Both the position numbers and the translations under genes were made by a program. From Mobula hypostoma (Eukaryota), in assembly GCF_963921235.1 (NCBI RefSeq), contig NC_086118.1, positions 19,036,001 through 19,100,000 of the forward strand: DNA of 64,000 bases, written 5' to 3'. Positions 49,352 through 62,471 of this stretch are shown here, in pieces. Under the pieces are notes generated by a model, which saw only the letters and a program-made list of their open reading frames with translations, was not told the DNA's origin and made no database searches. How positions within the stretch are numbered: position 1 is the first letter of the stretch; every line of letters starts with the position of its first letter.

Positions 49352-50787
49352 AAAACCAACGAACGACTCCTTTAGGTTCCCATCTTCACTCTCCAATATT
49401 ACTGAAAAGGTACATCAACAAACCTGGCAGCTATTGGTGAAAGTGCCGGCTCAACACTTCTGTACCTTACAATAGACAGTAAAACTCCGTGTGTCATACA
49501 ACTAATACGCAGCGTAGCGGAGTATCTGACTGACGATCTAACTGAAAACTAACTGTGTCACCAGGGGTCTACACTTATATACCTGGTGAGAACAGGTCAT
49601 CACGTGACCTCACATCGGCGGGAAAATTACATCATGTGACCTCCGCAAGACCATTACATCATCCTCATAAGACAATAACAAGATATCCATGAGGTATGTA
49701 ACACTGTCTATTTGAAAAATAATGCCAGGCACACCATTAAAATTATGACTAAATCAGGGTGCAGTACCAATAGAAATGGTGTGGTCTGATCTATTTTCTG
49801 GGGTATAATAGACTCCAGGTATCTAATCAAAATTAATTTGCACTCAAATGTGCTTGGAATCCATTTTGCACAGTATTTCAGAGTCAGTTAATTCATCAAT
49901 ACCACTTCTTCATTTTATTCCCCCTTCTACACTATCTTTTAAGTAACCAACATTTGTATCATCTCTTTTGGCATGGTTTGTGTTATTTAATTCATGATTA
50001 AGTAGGGTGAATTGTCCTATCTGTTTCTGAAACAGTATTTCTCTGTTAATGATACACCTTCCTTTCCTGATTGTAATTTCATTTTCCTTAATGTGGCAGC
50101 ATTTCATGAATGGATTTTAATGCACATCAGCATTTTATTTTTAAAACTGTGAGACCTTTGATTCTGTGATGTCATAATGGTATCTCCATTAGGGGAAAAT
50201 TGCACAGTTCATTAAGAATGAAAGATTGGAAACCATTTCTTACCCCAGTGTGTTAATGGTTATAGACAAATACCTGCTGTAGCTAGGCCAGGTCTCACAA
50301 GTATATAGGAGTCCAGTCAATCATTAGCTTTGTGCCAGGTCTGTGTCTTGATCTTCATGCACCTTTTTTATTCCACCAATGTCCCAAAGGAGATAGTAGG
50401 GTGAGGGGATTACCAAGCCAACAGAGAAAAAACATTCAAGCAGGTGCTCAAGGCTTCTTTGAAGAAAGGCAATATTCCCCTTGACTCTTGGGAACCTCAG
50501 GGCCTTAACCACTGAAGGGCAGAAGGAACCTTTGGAGTGGTGTTGAGAACCTCAGATCCAGGCATATGCAGAGAGCACATACAGGATTGCGTGAGCAGTT
50601 GTAGGAGTGGACCACCTCTCAAGATACCCACCTACTGTCCGATCGCTGGCCCATCTATAGAGGAGTCAGCAGTTCTCATATCGGCCTTATTAACCACTTC
50701 AAAAACCCACAAAACTAGAGTAGTAGGAAGTCATCCTCAATGTCCAGGGATGACTGAAGAGCAAAAAGGCAAATGAGAAGAATTAAT

Positions 50788-51365
50788 AAATGCAAGAGAT
50801 TTTGCAAATGCTGGAAATCTAGAGTAAAACACACAAAATGCTGGAGGAACTCAGCAGGTCAGGCAGCGTCTATAGAGAGGAACAAACTGTTGACATTTTG
50901 GGCTGAGATCCTTCATCAGGACTGGAAAGGACAGGGGAAGAAGTCAGAATTAGATGTTGGGGGGAGAAGAAGGGGCACAAGGGGTACAAGCTGAAAGGTG
51001 ATGGGTGAAGTCAGGGGGGTGGGGAGGGGGAATGAAGTGAGAAGCTGGTAGGAGACAGGTGAAAAAAATAAAAGGCTGAAAAAAAGAACTTGTTAGGAGA
51101 GGAGTGTAGACCATGGAAGAAAGGCTCATCAGCCAGAGGAAGCAGATGAGGAATAGGGAAGAGGTAAAAGGGAAGCAAGAGTAGGGAATGGAAAAAGAGT
51201 GAAGAGAAAGACAGAGGGGTTAAAATTTCCTGGAAGTTAGAGAAATCAACGTCCATGCCATCAAGTTTGAGAAGAGCCAGATGGAATATGAGCTGTTGCT
51301 CCTTCAACCTGAGCCTGGTCTCATTATGGCCGTAGAGTAGGCCATGTCAGAATGTGAGTGGGGGA
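50788..51365 (-). mobile_element. Penelope-like element 3' fragment
   Basis: Same terminus as 14853-14985 and same internal segment as 14430-14560, in reverse complement. Confidence 0.75.
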
Positions 51366-51521
51366 ATGTAGGAAAATCATACTCAGATGAATTAAGTTCT
51401 ATCAAGGGACAAAAGCAGAAAGTTGAAGAAAGATGGACAAAATAATAGTGCAAAATCAAAATTTTTTCCCCCTTATATTTAGCTACAAAATATGCTTCAC
51501 ATTCTTCTGTGACATGCTTAC

Positions 51522-51597
51522 CTCTGGATGCTTTAAGTAATGAACTGGTACATCTCTGAGGTATTTTGTAAACAGAATAATTATCGGAGAGATGCAA
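51522..51597 (-). other. Candidate 76-nt exon
   Basis: Minus strand tatcttttttcag|TTGC...CCAGAG|gtaagc; two frames are open but neither peptide is recognised. Confidence 0.3.
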
Positions 51598-53254
51598 CTG
51601 AAAAAAGATATTCAAACATTAAAAGAAAATTCAGGCAATATCCACAAATAATTTTAGTGCATTCAGCAGATGCCGTCATGTCACCAACTTGGTGCTGGTG
51701 GGCGAAAATATTTGTAGGCTCAGGAGCTTTGTGGGTTAGAGTAATAGTGCAATTGTGAATATATAACTGCAAGAACATTCTAATGCCTTATTCTGCACCT
51801 TACCAGCAGTGAATAATTAATAAATTCATGACCAACTTAAATGGCTGAATTTCAAATTTCAGATTGCTCTGAGCAAATGCTAAGTTTGGGCAATAACTCA
51901 GCCTTTTCATTAACTCCTGTTTCTGCATTCCCTGACCAATTGAGAAGCTGGGTAAAGATGATGCTCATGACTCAGATACAGTCCATTACAGTATTTAAAG
52001 GAGTCTTTGGAGAATTAGACTTGATTTTTTTCTGGTATCTCCTATCCCAAGAGAAAGAGAAATGAACGCTGGACATGTCAAAGCAGAGTTCAGACTCAGT
52101 GACATGTTACTGGGTGTTATGGTGGGGCAGTACGGCTACACAGAGTTATTCCCTGTGTATGGGAGGGAGGTGCCTATAGCCAACAGGGCAGGAAATGGCT
52201 GCAGAAGCTAACAATAGAGAGCTGGTTTCACTGTTCCATGATTTAACTTTGCAGTAGCTGAGGAAAGTTTGTCACAGTGACACCCTACCTGGTGAATATT
52301 ATCCCATTAGCTCCACTCATTGCTCCCTTCTTTACCTTCTCAAAGTAGTATACCAGAAATGCAGAGCTCATCTGCTGAGGAGGTGGTCCTGGAGGGACTG
52401 AGGTATCAGAATGCATGGCTGTGGGAAACATGAGAAACAACTAACCTGGTTTCAGAATTCTATCTCTCTCACACTGCATTCAGCAACCAAACTGGATGTC
52501 AACAACACAAGAAAAGTGTTTACGTACATACTGGAATGTTTAAACCCTCCTACCTAGGAAGATTTAAGTTATTAACGTCTCAGGAGATTGTCACCTATCC
52601 CACAAGACCTACAGCTGGAAGCTGAGGTCCTTCACTCTGAAGCCACATTATCTCGTAGCGTATGCTTTCCAACTATTCCGTGACATTTCTAATATTGGTT
52701 TTCAGACCTTTACAGAGATTATCTTGTGACCTGCTGCTCTCTGGGTTGCTACATTAGTGCAAGTAAAGATATTACAGAGGCTGACTGCTGGAAATATTTT
52801 TTTTAAGGTATAACAGCTAGCACTCTAAACTGTTTCATTAGTAAAATACCATATTGTTGGTTTTGCTGATCAACTGCCTGGAGTGTTCACTGAGATCTTT
52901 AACCTCTCACGTCAGCAGTCTGAGATAATCTGCTTCAACCAGGCTTCAATTATACTGGTGGTGCTCAAGAAGAATGTAATAACCTACCTCAATGGATATT
53001 ATCCATTAGTACTTACAGTGGTGCTAGAAAGTTTGTGAATGCTTTTGAATTTTCTCTATTTCTGCATAAAAATGTCCTAAAATGTGATCAGATCTTCATG
53101 AAAGTCCTCAAACAAGATTAAAAACCCAATTAAACAAATATCACAAAAAACATTTTACTTGTTCATTTATTTATTGAGAAAAATGATCCAATATTAGATG
53201 GATTTGTTGGAAAATGTATGTGAACTTTTGCTTCCAATAACAGGTGTGACTCCC

Positions 53255-54240
53255 TTATAGATCAATAACTTCAATCAAAAGTTTCCGGTAACCGTTGATC
53301 AGTCTTGCACATTGGGTTGGATGAATTTTAGGCCATTCCTCCAGACAAAACTGTTTAGGTTCGTCAATATTTTTGTGATACTTTGCACGAATAACTTGCT
53401 TCAGATCATGCCACAGCATTTCAATTGGTTTAAAATCTGGACTCTGACTTGGCCACTTCAAAACGCGAATTTTCTTCTTTTTAAACTGTTTTGTATTTGA
53501 ATTAATCTTATGTTTTGGATCATTGTCTTGTTGCATCATCCAACTTCTATTCAGTTTTAGGTGATGGATCACCACCCTTACATTCTCCTATAAAACGTTT
53601 TGATACAATTTTGAATTCATTTTTCCGTCGGTGCTTACAAGCTCTCCAGACCATGAGGCAGCAAATCAGCTCCAAACTATGATGCTCCTTCCACAATGCC
53701 TCACAGTTGGAATGAGGTTTTGGTGTTGGTGTGCAGTGCCCTATTTCCTCCAAACATGGCAGTGTGCATTTCTGCCAAAAAGTTCAACTCTGTCTCACAG
53801 GACATTGTCCCAGCAGCATTGTGGAACATCCAGGTGGTCTCCGCAAACCTGAGACATGCACCAATTTTTTATTTTTGGAGAGAAATGGTTTCCTCCAAGG
53901 TTTCTTCCAGGAAAATCATCCTTTTTCAGTGCTTTTCTTATAGTGCACACATGAGCAGAGACTTCAGCAAGTTCTAGAGATTTCTGCAGGTCTTTTGCTG
54001 TTATCCTTGGGTTTTTTTTCACCTCCTTCAGCATTGCACATTGTGCTCTTGATGTGGTCGTTGCAGGATGTCCATTGCTAAGGGCTGCACTGAATTCCTT
54101 CCATTTGTAGACAATTTCTCTTACTGTGGACTGATAAACACTCAGGTCTTTAGAAATGTTTTTGTAGCCTTTTCCAGCTTCATGCATCTGAACAATTCTT
54201 TTTCTAAGGTCCTCTGAAAGTTGTTTAGATTGATGTATGG
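53255..54240 (-). pseudogene. Frameshifted Tc1 transposase
   Basis: SKQLSEDLRKRIV..GKGYKNISK (paired-like HTH); QQDNDPKH..WPSQSPDFKPIE with 34 residues between D and E. Confidence 0.9.
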
Positions 54241-54463
54241 TGCACATAAACAGATTTTTCTTGAGAAGAGCAGGCTCTGATAGTAACCTGACGTAGTGTG
54301 TCTTTTTCGTTGGGCAGACCACCTCTACAACCCACACCTCCAATCTCAACTAACAGATTGGAACACTTGGCTCCAAATTGCATTTGTAGAAGGCATTACT
54401 CCAGAGGTTCACATACATTTTTGAACATAGACTGTGATTGTTTAAATGGTGTACTCAGTAATG

Positions 54464-55133
54464 ATGATGAGGAGGAGAAGATGGCGGCGTGACACAGCGT
54501 GTGCGGTTATCTGTCAAGGAGGGGACTGTGCACAATTCTGATTTGGTGGAGACAGACGTGAGAGTACGGAGGAACATCTGGAAAAACTTCTGAAATGCCC
54601 GCTTCGCTGCCGCTGTTACTGTGTGGTCCGGATCTCTGGAGGAGAAGGCCCCGAATCCTCAGCTTTGCTTGTTTCGGCGGCCGGGACAAGGTGGAAGGCG
54701 TTTGGCAGAGGATGGTGCTCAGGAGGCTGTCTCGGAGGGGCTGGTCGGAGGCTCGAAGTTTTCGGACGGACGGATTCAGTGTCGGCTGTGGTTGGGTGCT
54801 TCCAATGCATCGGTAGTTGTCAGTGCCTGGAGGTTTATGGCAGGGAGCTTGTCCCTTTGCCGCCTGCTATTGGGGACTCGGGAGTTGTTCGACTCGGGAC
54901 TTTGAGACTTTTTTTTTACCATACCCATGATCTGTTCTTTATCAAATTATGGTATTGCTTTGCACTGCTGTAACTATATGTTATAATTATGTGGTTCTGT
55001 CAGTGTTAGTCTTTGGTTTGTCCTGTTTTTCTGTGATATCACTCTGGAGAAACATTGTATCATTTCTTAATGGATGCATGCATTTCTAAATGGCAATAAA
55101 TGAGGACTGAGTGTTCACATAATCTAAATCTAA
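54464..55133 (+). mobile_element. Non-autonomous retroposon, copy C, inserted in Tc1
   Basis: Head gaggaggagAAGATGGCGGCG (54478-89); tail caataaa..ataatctaaatctaa. Confidence 0.75.
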
Positions 55134-58100
55134 AGAAGTACATTTGTTTGTGTGTTATTAGTTTAGGCAGATTGTGTTTGTCTACTCCTGTGACTTAGAT
55201 GACGATCTGACCATATTTTATGAGTAATTAGTGCAGAAAACCAGGTAAATTCAAAGGTTTCACAAACTTTTTCTTGAATGGTATATCCACAACGATGAAG
55301 TATTTTGATAGTTTGGTGAGGAAACATTATAACTCCTGCCTGAGAAGTGATTTAGATCTGCTTCAATTTACGTAATGGAGCAACAGGTCCACAGCATCTC
55401 ACTGGCTCTATATTCAACCCTGGAACATCTAGACAGCAAAGATATATACATCAGGATGCTCTTTATTGATTACAGCTCAGCATGCAATACCATCATCCCC
55501 TCAAAACTAATCAATATGCTACAAGACATTGGCCTCAATACCTCCTTGTGCAATTCAATCCTCGATTTCTTCACTTGCAGACCCCAGCTAGTTCTAACTG
55601 GCAGCAAAAACTCAACAGTTTCCTTCAGCACAGGAACACCACAGGCTGTGTGCTTATCTCGCTGCTCTACACGGTTTACACTTATGACTGTGTGGCTAGG
55701 CGCAGCCTTATTCAGGTTCACCATTGTAGGCCAAATCAAAGGGGGGTGATGAATCAGCACAGAGAAAAGAGGTTAAAAATCTGCTGCCATAACAACAATT
55801 TTTTACTCAATGTCAGCAAGACCGAAGACCTGACTATCGTCTCCAGGAAGAGGAAGCCATGAGCCAGTCCTCATCGGACGATCAGAGTTGGAGAGGGTCA
55901 GCAACTTTAAACTCTTTTGGTGTTATTATCTCAGAGGACCTGTCCTGGGCCCAGCATGTAAGTGAAAATACGAAGAAAGCACTGCAGTGCCTCTACTTCC
56001 ATAGGAGTCTGCAAAGATATGGCATGACATCTAAAACTTTGACAAACTTCCATAGATGCACAGAAGTAAGTATACTGACCAACTGCATCACAGCCTGGTA
56101 TAGAAGCACCAATATCCTTGAGTAGAAAAATCCTACAGCTAGTAGTAGTTATGGCTCAGAGCATCATGGGTAAAGCACTCCCCACTATGAAGCACATCCA
56201 CACGAAGCTCTGTTGCAGGAAAGCAGCATCCATCATCAAGGACTCCCACCATCTAGGCCATGCTCTCTTCTCACTTTTGCCATCAGGAGGAATGTACAGG
56301 AGGTTTAGGACTCACCTGACCAGGTTCAGGATCAGTTATTACCCCTCAGCAACTAGACTCTTGTACCAAAGGGGATAACTTCTCTAAACTTGGCTTGTCC
56401 CATCATTGAAATGTTCCCTCAACCAATGGATTGACTTTCAAGGACTCTTCATTTCATGTTCTTGATATCTATTGCTTGTTATTTTTTATTTTTATCACTT
56501 CATTCTTTTCGTATTTGCGCAGTTTGTGTCTTTTGCACCATGGTTGAATGCCCAAGTTGTGGCAATCTTTCATTGATTCTATTATGATAGTATTCTTTAA
56601 TGCTTTATTTAGTATACTGTGACTGATGATAAGAAAATAATACTATGACACCATCCACCAGCTTTGAAGTTTCACATTGATGAAGCAGGTGTGTTTTCAC
56701 TTGTTGTCTCTCACATTAAAATAGGTCTTCATGAAGATGGAGACATCAAAGGAAAGCATATATCAGCCGGTGAAGCACACAAGGAGCTCTGCTCACCCAG
56801 TGGGCGAATCATCCAATGAGCTGTGTCCAATCAGTGGACAAATTATTTTCTGAGCAGTGTAAAAACAGCAGTTGAATCACCCAACGAGATGTGTTTAGTC
56901 AGTGGATAAAGTACAAAATGTGGCTTGTTCAGTCAGATGAAGCATCTGCTGAATACAATGAGTAACAAAGAAGAGGTGAGTGTCTGCAGATATGCAGCTT
57001 TGATAAGAGTGGAAGTTCTCACTTTGTGCATGAAGGATATGGTGTCAAAGAACTCTCAAGTGATTGCTTTGCCAATGGAAGGAATGGCCACTTCACTCGA
57101 ACATCAGAGACTGCAGCTTATCAGTACATGCCAACCCATCCAAAGGATTTCAGTGTGATGAAAACCACCTCGAATGGGATGACAGATCACTTCCCGTTGC
57201 TCCTCTTACATCACAGTGACCCATGAGCCAAACACTTAACAAGGCAAAATGATATGAAGGAGTGGACATGGGAGTAATGGCTCTGAGATAGGCATTTCAC
57301 ACTCTTAACCACTTCACTGCACCTCTCCAGCCCTTCTAAAACTCTTCCTATCACTGACAACCTGTGTAAACCTTAGACTTCACAGGCAGTATCCTTCACT
57401 ATTGCTAAATTTTTAGATAATAACATATCAACAGATGTACTGGAATGTGGGACAAGCTGTATATGTTATTGAATAACAGGACAAGTGCAAGGGCTGAATG
57501 GTCTACTATTCCTAATTTTTTGTTCATATTCGGGCCTTCAAAAATGCAATCTGTGCTGTCATTTGTAGCTGAGGGCTCAGAGTAACTCCTCTATAACAAG
57601 CTCTTCTTTGGTGTTCAGATGGTCCAGCATGAGGCTGTCCTTGGTCATGTGGATCCTGTGGCTGCCCAGCCTGTTCGTTCTCAGGGGCCTCCATTGCATT
57701 GTTAAATGAACAGCATCATTGCCACATCTTTGTTGAAGCTGCAATAAGCAGGTTGTCAGACCAAGTCTACTGCTTGCTTGCCAAAGTTAACCCAAGTTGG
57801 CTCCAAACTTTCTTTAGAGATCGCCAAGGAAATAACCATCACAACACTTGGGAAGAAAAATTAACTTAATAAATCAGCTGTGTTTGGTTCAGAGTTTGGT
57901 TTTCAACCTTCAGCTTCCAACCTCTGCTACTCTCTCTTCACTGAATACTTTCACAGAGCCTGGAGAACCCAGTAGTAAAATTCCAGGCTTCCAAGGAAGG
58001 TTGCTGTTAAGGAAAATATTTAAATTGATAATTTGCCTTTCCCAAAATAGTTTCTTGATTGCAGCCTGCTGGAAGACAATGTGTCTGTGTTCATGCATCA

Positions 58101-58309
58101 TTAAAATATTATCCAAATAGCACTCATTATTCAATATGGAATCCAAGAATCTCTTTGCCAGTTCTAGGACATAAACTATTCTAATCAAGATACTTACTAG
58201 CTTTGTGTTTATGCCAATTAACAAAAGTTTTGAAATACCTCCATTTAAAACTACTCAGCCATTTGGTATCTTATTTTCCCTCTGTACCGAAGAAAGGGCA
58301 TCCAGTGAA

Positions 58310-58760
58310 TGAAGGAATTCAGCAAATGTTCAGCAAATTGATCCTGGGGATGGTGATTAGTCACGCAAGGAGAGATTTAAATATTATCTTGATTTTACAA
58401 AAGTGAGATATGATCTTATTGAAATGGATTTCATTCTAGAAGAGATTGGTAGGGATTTTGTTTCTCATGGCTGGGGTTTTAAGAGCTAGGGGGTCACAGT
58501 CTCAAAATAGGTGGTCTACCATTCAGGGCAGAGAGGAGAAAAATGTCTTCATTCGGTGAATCTTCAGAACTCTCTACTCGAGAGGACTATGAGGTTCAAT
58601 CACTGAATATATTCAAGTCAGAGATTAACAGATTTCTTGATGTTAAGGGAATCAAAAGGCATGGAGTCAGTGCAGGAGCGTAGAGCTAAAGCAGAACAAA
58701 TAGTCATGATCTTATTAGCTGAAAATCCTATTCCTATTCCTACTCCTTATGTTCTTATGT
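58310..58760 (+). mobile_element. Old CR1 3' fragment
   Basis: attgatcctgggatg, gggggtcacagtctcaaaata, attcaag.cagagatt.acagatt, cctactccttatgttcttatg. Confidence 0.7.
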
Positions 58761-60631
58761 CTTCTGAATGTGATTTATCAATGTCTTCCAAATCAGACAA
58801 TGTTCTGAACATCTGCCAGATCTTCTACAACCAAAACACACTTCATTTTAACAAGTCAGGTGGAGTTTAGGTAGCACAGATTGATTTTAATGGCCAACCA
58901 TTGCCAAGGCACAAGCCAGTGAAAGAAGCAGTTGATGCTGCCTGCATGCACCAATCACAGAAATAAAACAGCAACACAGATTTGGCAATTGACCTGTATC
59001 AGTAGCAATGAAATTGGCTTAATGACTCACTGGGATTTCCATGACCATGTAGAGGGCTGTAAAATGCAGACCCCTATTCTATCATTTATATTGTTCATAT
59101 CTGCAGGTTTCCTCATTATTATGATCTTAAACCGGATGCTTCTTTGAATAGTGCTTGTAAAGCATAACAATACTCATTTCATTTTGCTATGGAGATGAGC
59201 TTTACAGCTGCACATATTAATCATAGTAAATTATTTTAATGAAATCATATATTAAATAATTAGTTGTCATTACTGGAACTTTGAAAGACTCATCCAGAGA
59301 TTTGAGCACATCATCTTTGGCTGCCAGTTAATTCTACTTCTTAAACCATCCCATGAGATTGAAGATACCTTTCTCCCACTCCAGTTCTGAGCAGGTTGAT
59401 GAGGTCAATACAGGAGCCAAAGACAGGTGGGCCTTTAAGTCCCTGAAAGGGTGGACGGATACATAACCTGTGATACTGGACTTACTTCTGTTTACCACTG
59501 ATGCATAGACTTAAGGTTCTCAATGTCATCCCAAACTCTGAGCAGTTCTGGAGTGCAGATTCCCACGAGTTAGTGGGGATGTTACATTTATTTCAAGGAG
59601 ACACAAGGAGAAAATCCTTGAATTTTTTTTTCTTCTCTCCACCTGGCAATTTCAGAAGAACTCAGAATAGAGCGTCTGCTTTTGGATCCTGGTGTTTGCA
59701 CAGTGTGGCCTATTTGACAGAGCTGACTGCCTATATTCAAGTCTTATTGCTCTGGGCATTGGCCTGGGAAATGAGTGTTGCAAGTTAAATACAACACTCA
59801 ATAAAACTCAGCAGACAATGCTTTTGACTGATAATTGTACTTTATTAACTGTGATTAGTTCAAACGACTCAAAGGTTAACTATTTAGTTCCAGACAATAT
59901 TTACTAAGTTTTTAGTTTCACAACTCTTCCATAGTTTGTCTCTGGAGTCCTAGCTGTCATTTATCTCATGAGGCACCCTTTTATAAGTTTCTTCATACGG
60001 CCTTAGAGGTGTTACTTGGTACTTTAGTGCCAATTACACAGCTATCAGTTCTGCTTTTATCCATACAAATATGTTTTTCTTTAGCTTCTTCAAAGTACTG
60101 CTGGTGCCATTCTGTAATTATTCATTGGTTCCTTAATTATCAGAGCGTCTGTGCTTTTACAGTTAATTGGGCTGCCCCTTTCAAAAGATGTCAGTAGCAC
60201 ATTGATAAAAGAGTGAAGTATTTGTGTGTAACTTGTGCTTTCAGAGAAACCCAATCTGGATGATTTGTCACAATGAATGAAGCCTATGCATTCCATTGTG
60301 CTCTCCTGAGTATCCTTGTGTCTATCCTTCTCCAGAGGACTATCAGTGAAAGCTTTTCAATAAATATGCCGCATACATATGTGACATAATAGAGGATAGT
60401 GTACAAAAGAAAAGCAGAAGAGGTCTATCTGCATCTTATTCCTTCATGTAGAGCTGGTGGATATATTAAATAGAACAAGCAAAGCCACTGAACCAGTCTG
60501 CAATGATTAATATTTAATGAAGTGCTGACATTCCCAAAATAATAGCTATCTTAAAAATATTGGGTGGTAGCATACATTTCAATATAATTTACGTAGCATT
60601 ACGATGTCTTGAGCTCACTTTGTTCTGCCAA

Positions 60632-60787
60632 TAATCAAAATCTGGTTTAATATCACCAGCAAATGTTATGAAATTTGTTAACTCTATGGCAGCAGTACAA
60701 TGAAATACATTATAAATGAGTATAGAAAAACATACTGAATTACAGTATGTAGGTATGTATATACTGTAAATATACATATATGTGTGT

Positions 60788-60833
<46 letters not shown>

Positions 60834-60992
60834 TTAAGTTAAACTAAGTAGTAAACAGAAATAAAAAAAGCAGTGAGGTAGTGTTCATGGGTTCAATGTC
60901 CATTTAGAAATCGGATGGCAAAGGGGAATAAGCTATTTCTGAATCACTGAGTGTGTGTCTTCAGGCTTCTGTACCTCCTTTCTGATGATAAC
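60632..60992 (-). mobile_element. Rex1/Babar 3' UTR fragment
   Basis: Close match to 22325-22620. Confidence 0.75.
60797..60828. repeat. (TA)16 microsatellite
   Basis: Read directly. Confidence 0.95.
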
Positions 60993-61810
60993 CTCATGAG
61001 AAAGAGAATCCCTGGATTCTAATTTGTTTGTCATCTATCAATCACTGCATATTGTTAAATAATTGACAGTCACATAATGGATTTCAGGTTGTAATGACCC
61101 TCTTACTGATGGTGAATGAAAGCTGTCACTTGTTTAAGTGGTTGGGAGACCAAGAACGAAAGGAGCAAACCTGGAATGTTTTATGTGCCACTGAAGCACA
61201 TTTTTTTAAAAGCAATCCAATTTACAAAAAAAGTATATGAAATGAAATTACTGGATGTATTAAATTAAAATATAGTAAATCACTGAGCCATTACAGCCAT
61301 ATTTTTATGTTATGAGTAATTTGGCAGATTCTTGTTCATCAGCTTTATAACCACAGTAAAGATGGACTTATACTTCAGTGTCATCAATAAGACATAGTCA
61401 CCTATTGTGACAATTTCAATATAAAATAGCATTTTCATGTGGTTGACCATGAGTTTAATCAGGTTGCTTTCTGCCATAGATTACAGTGAGCTTTGTATGT
61501 CATATTTCATATTAAACAATATCCTGTTTGCACTAAGTTTTTGAAGCACCAAAGTCTCACCTGCTTTTGTGCAGACTGAGGCAACACTCTAAGTAAGGAG
61601 GCTTGTATTGCCTGGCTTAATCACGATGCATGTGATTTACTGTTAGGCTTTCAGAATTAATTCATCTTCAGCTGTAATGGTGCTGAGAAAACACAGCAGG
61701 TCTATTAGCACAAGGAAAGAGAAGCAAGCACCCTTACACTTTCAGACATAGGGGGTAGATTTCTGTCATAAAGTTCTGCGAATTTAATATTGCAGATTGC
61801 TTTATATACA

Positions 61811-61811
<1 letters not shown>

Positions 61812-61851
<40 letters not shown>
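61812..61851. repeat. (CA)20 microsatellite
   Basis: Read directly. Confidence 0.95.
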
Positions 61852-61854
<3 letters not shown>

Positions 61855-62074
61855 CTGTTGTAATCCAAATGGACAAAACTAAAACCATATTCATAATCTC
61901 TCTCCTTTGGAAGTGGTGAAGGATTGGGAAAATAATATGAATCCAGCATAAAGAGAAGAGATTCTGCAGAGTGCTGGAAATCTGCAAGTCAAGCAGCATC
62001 TATGGAGTGGAATGAACAGCTGATGTTTCAGGCCGAGATCTTTCATCGGGGTTGGAAAGGAAGGGAGTAGAATC

Positions 62075-62234
62075 GAGCAACAAACACAAAATGCTTTGCA
62101 CACAAAATCGATGAAGGGTCTCCACCGGAAATGTTGACTGTACTTCTTCCTATAGATGCTGCCTGGCCTGCTGTGTTCCACCAGCATTTTGTGTGTTGCT
62201 TAAATTTCCAGCACCTGCAGATTTTCTCGTGTTT
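62075..62234 (+). mobile_element. 160-bp Penelope-terminus insertion nested in an older Penelope
   Basis: 10-bp TSD GAGTAGAATC (62065-74 / 62235-44); inverted 5' arm gcaacaaacacaaaatgct. Confidence 0.8.
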
Positions 62235-62471
62235 GAGTAGAATCCAGTATGTCATTCTCTGTAACGCACCATTTCCAAAGTGATTCTACCACTAAGCTTA
62301 TCTTCCCCCACCTTCACCTCCACCTTCCATGTGGGTCACTGTCAATGTGACACCCTTGTCCACTCATCTCTCCTACTGATCTCCCTTCTGCTACTTATCA
62401 GTGCAACTATAACACATGCTGCACCTGCCCCTACACCTCCTTCCTCAACATCATTCAGGGCCCCAAACAAA

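Larger units (their letters stand above)
47424..49703 (-). mobile_element. Solo LTR, copy 2, interrupted by a young CR1
   Basis: TGTCAC..GTAACA ends on the plus strand; CTGT TSD (47420-23 / 49704-07); reverse-complement homolog of 44496-45318. Confidence 0.85.
53016..55281 (-). mobile_element. Tc1 DNA transposon (DD34E), decayed, near full length
   Basis: TA-CAGTGGTGCTAGAAAGTTTGTGAA TIR; degenerate partner ttcacaaacttt..TA at 55259-83; transposase remnants. Confidence 0.9.
52865..56610 (+). mobile_element. Rex1/Babar LINE split by Tc1
   Basis: Host ..agtactTA | TAtatccac..gatgaag; [31 protein letters not shown]. Confidence 0.8.
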
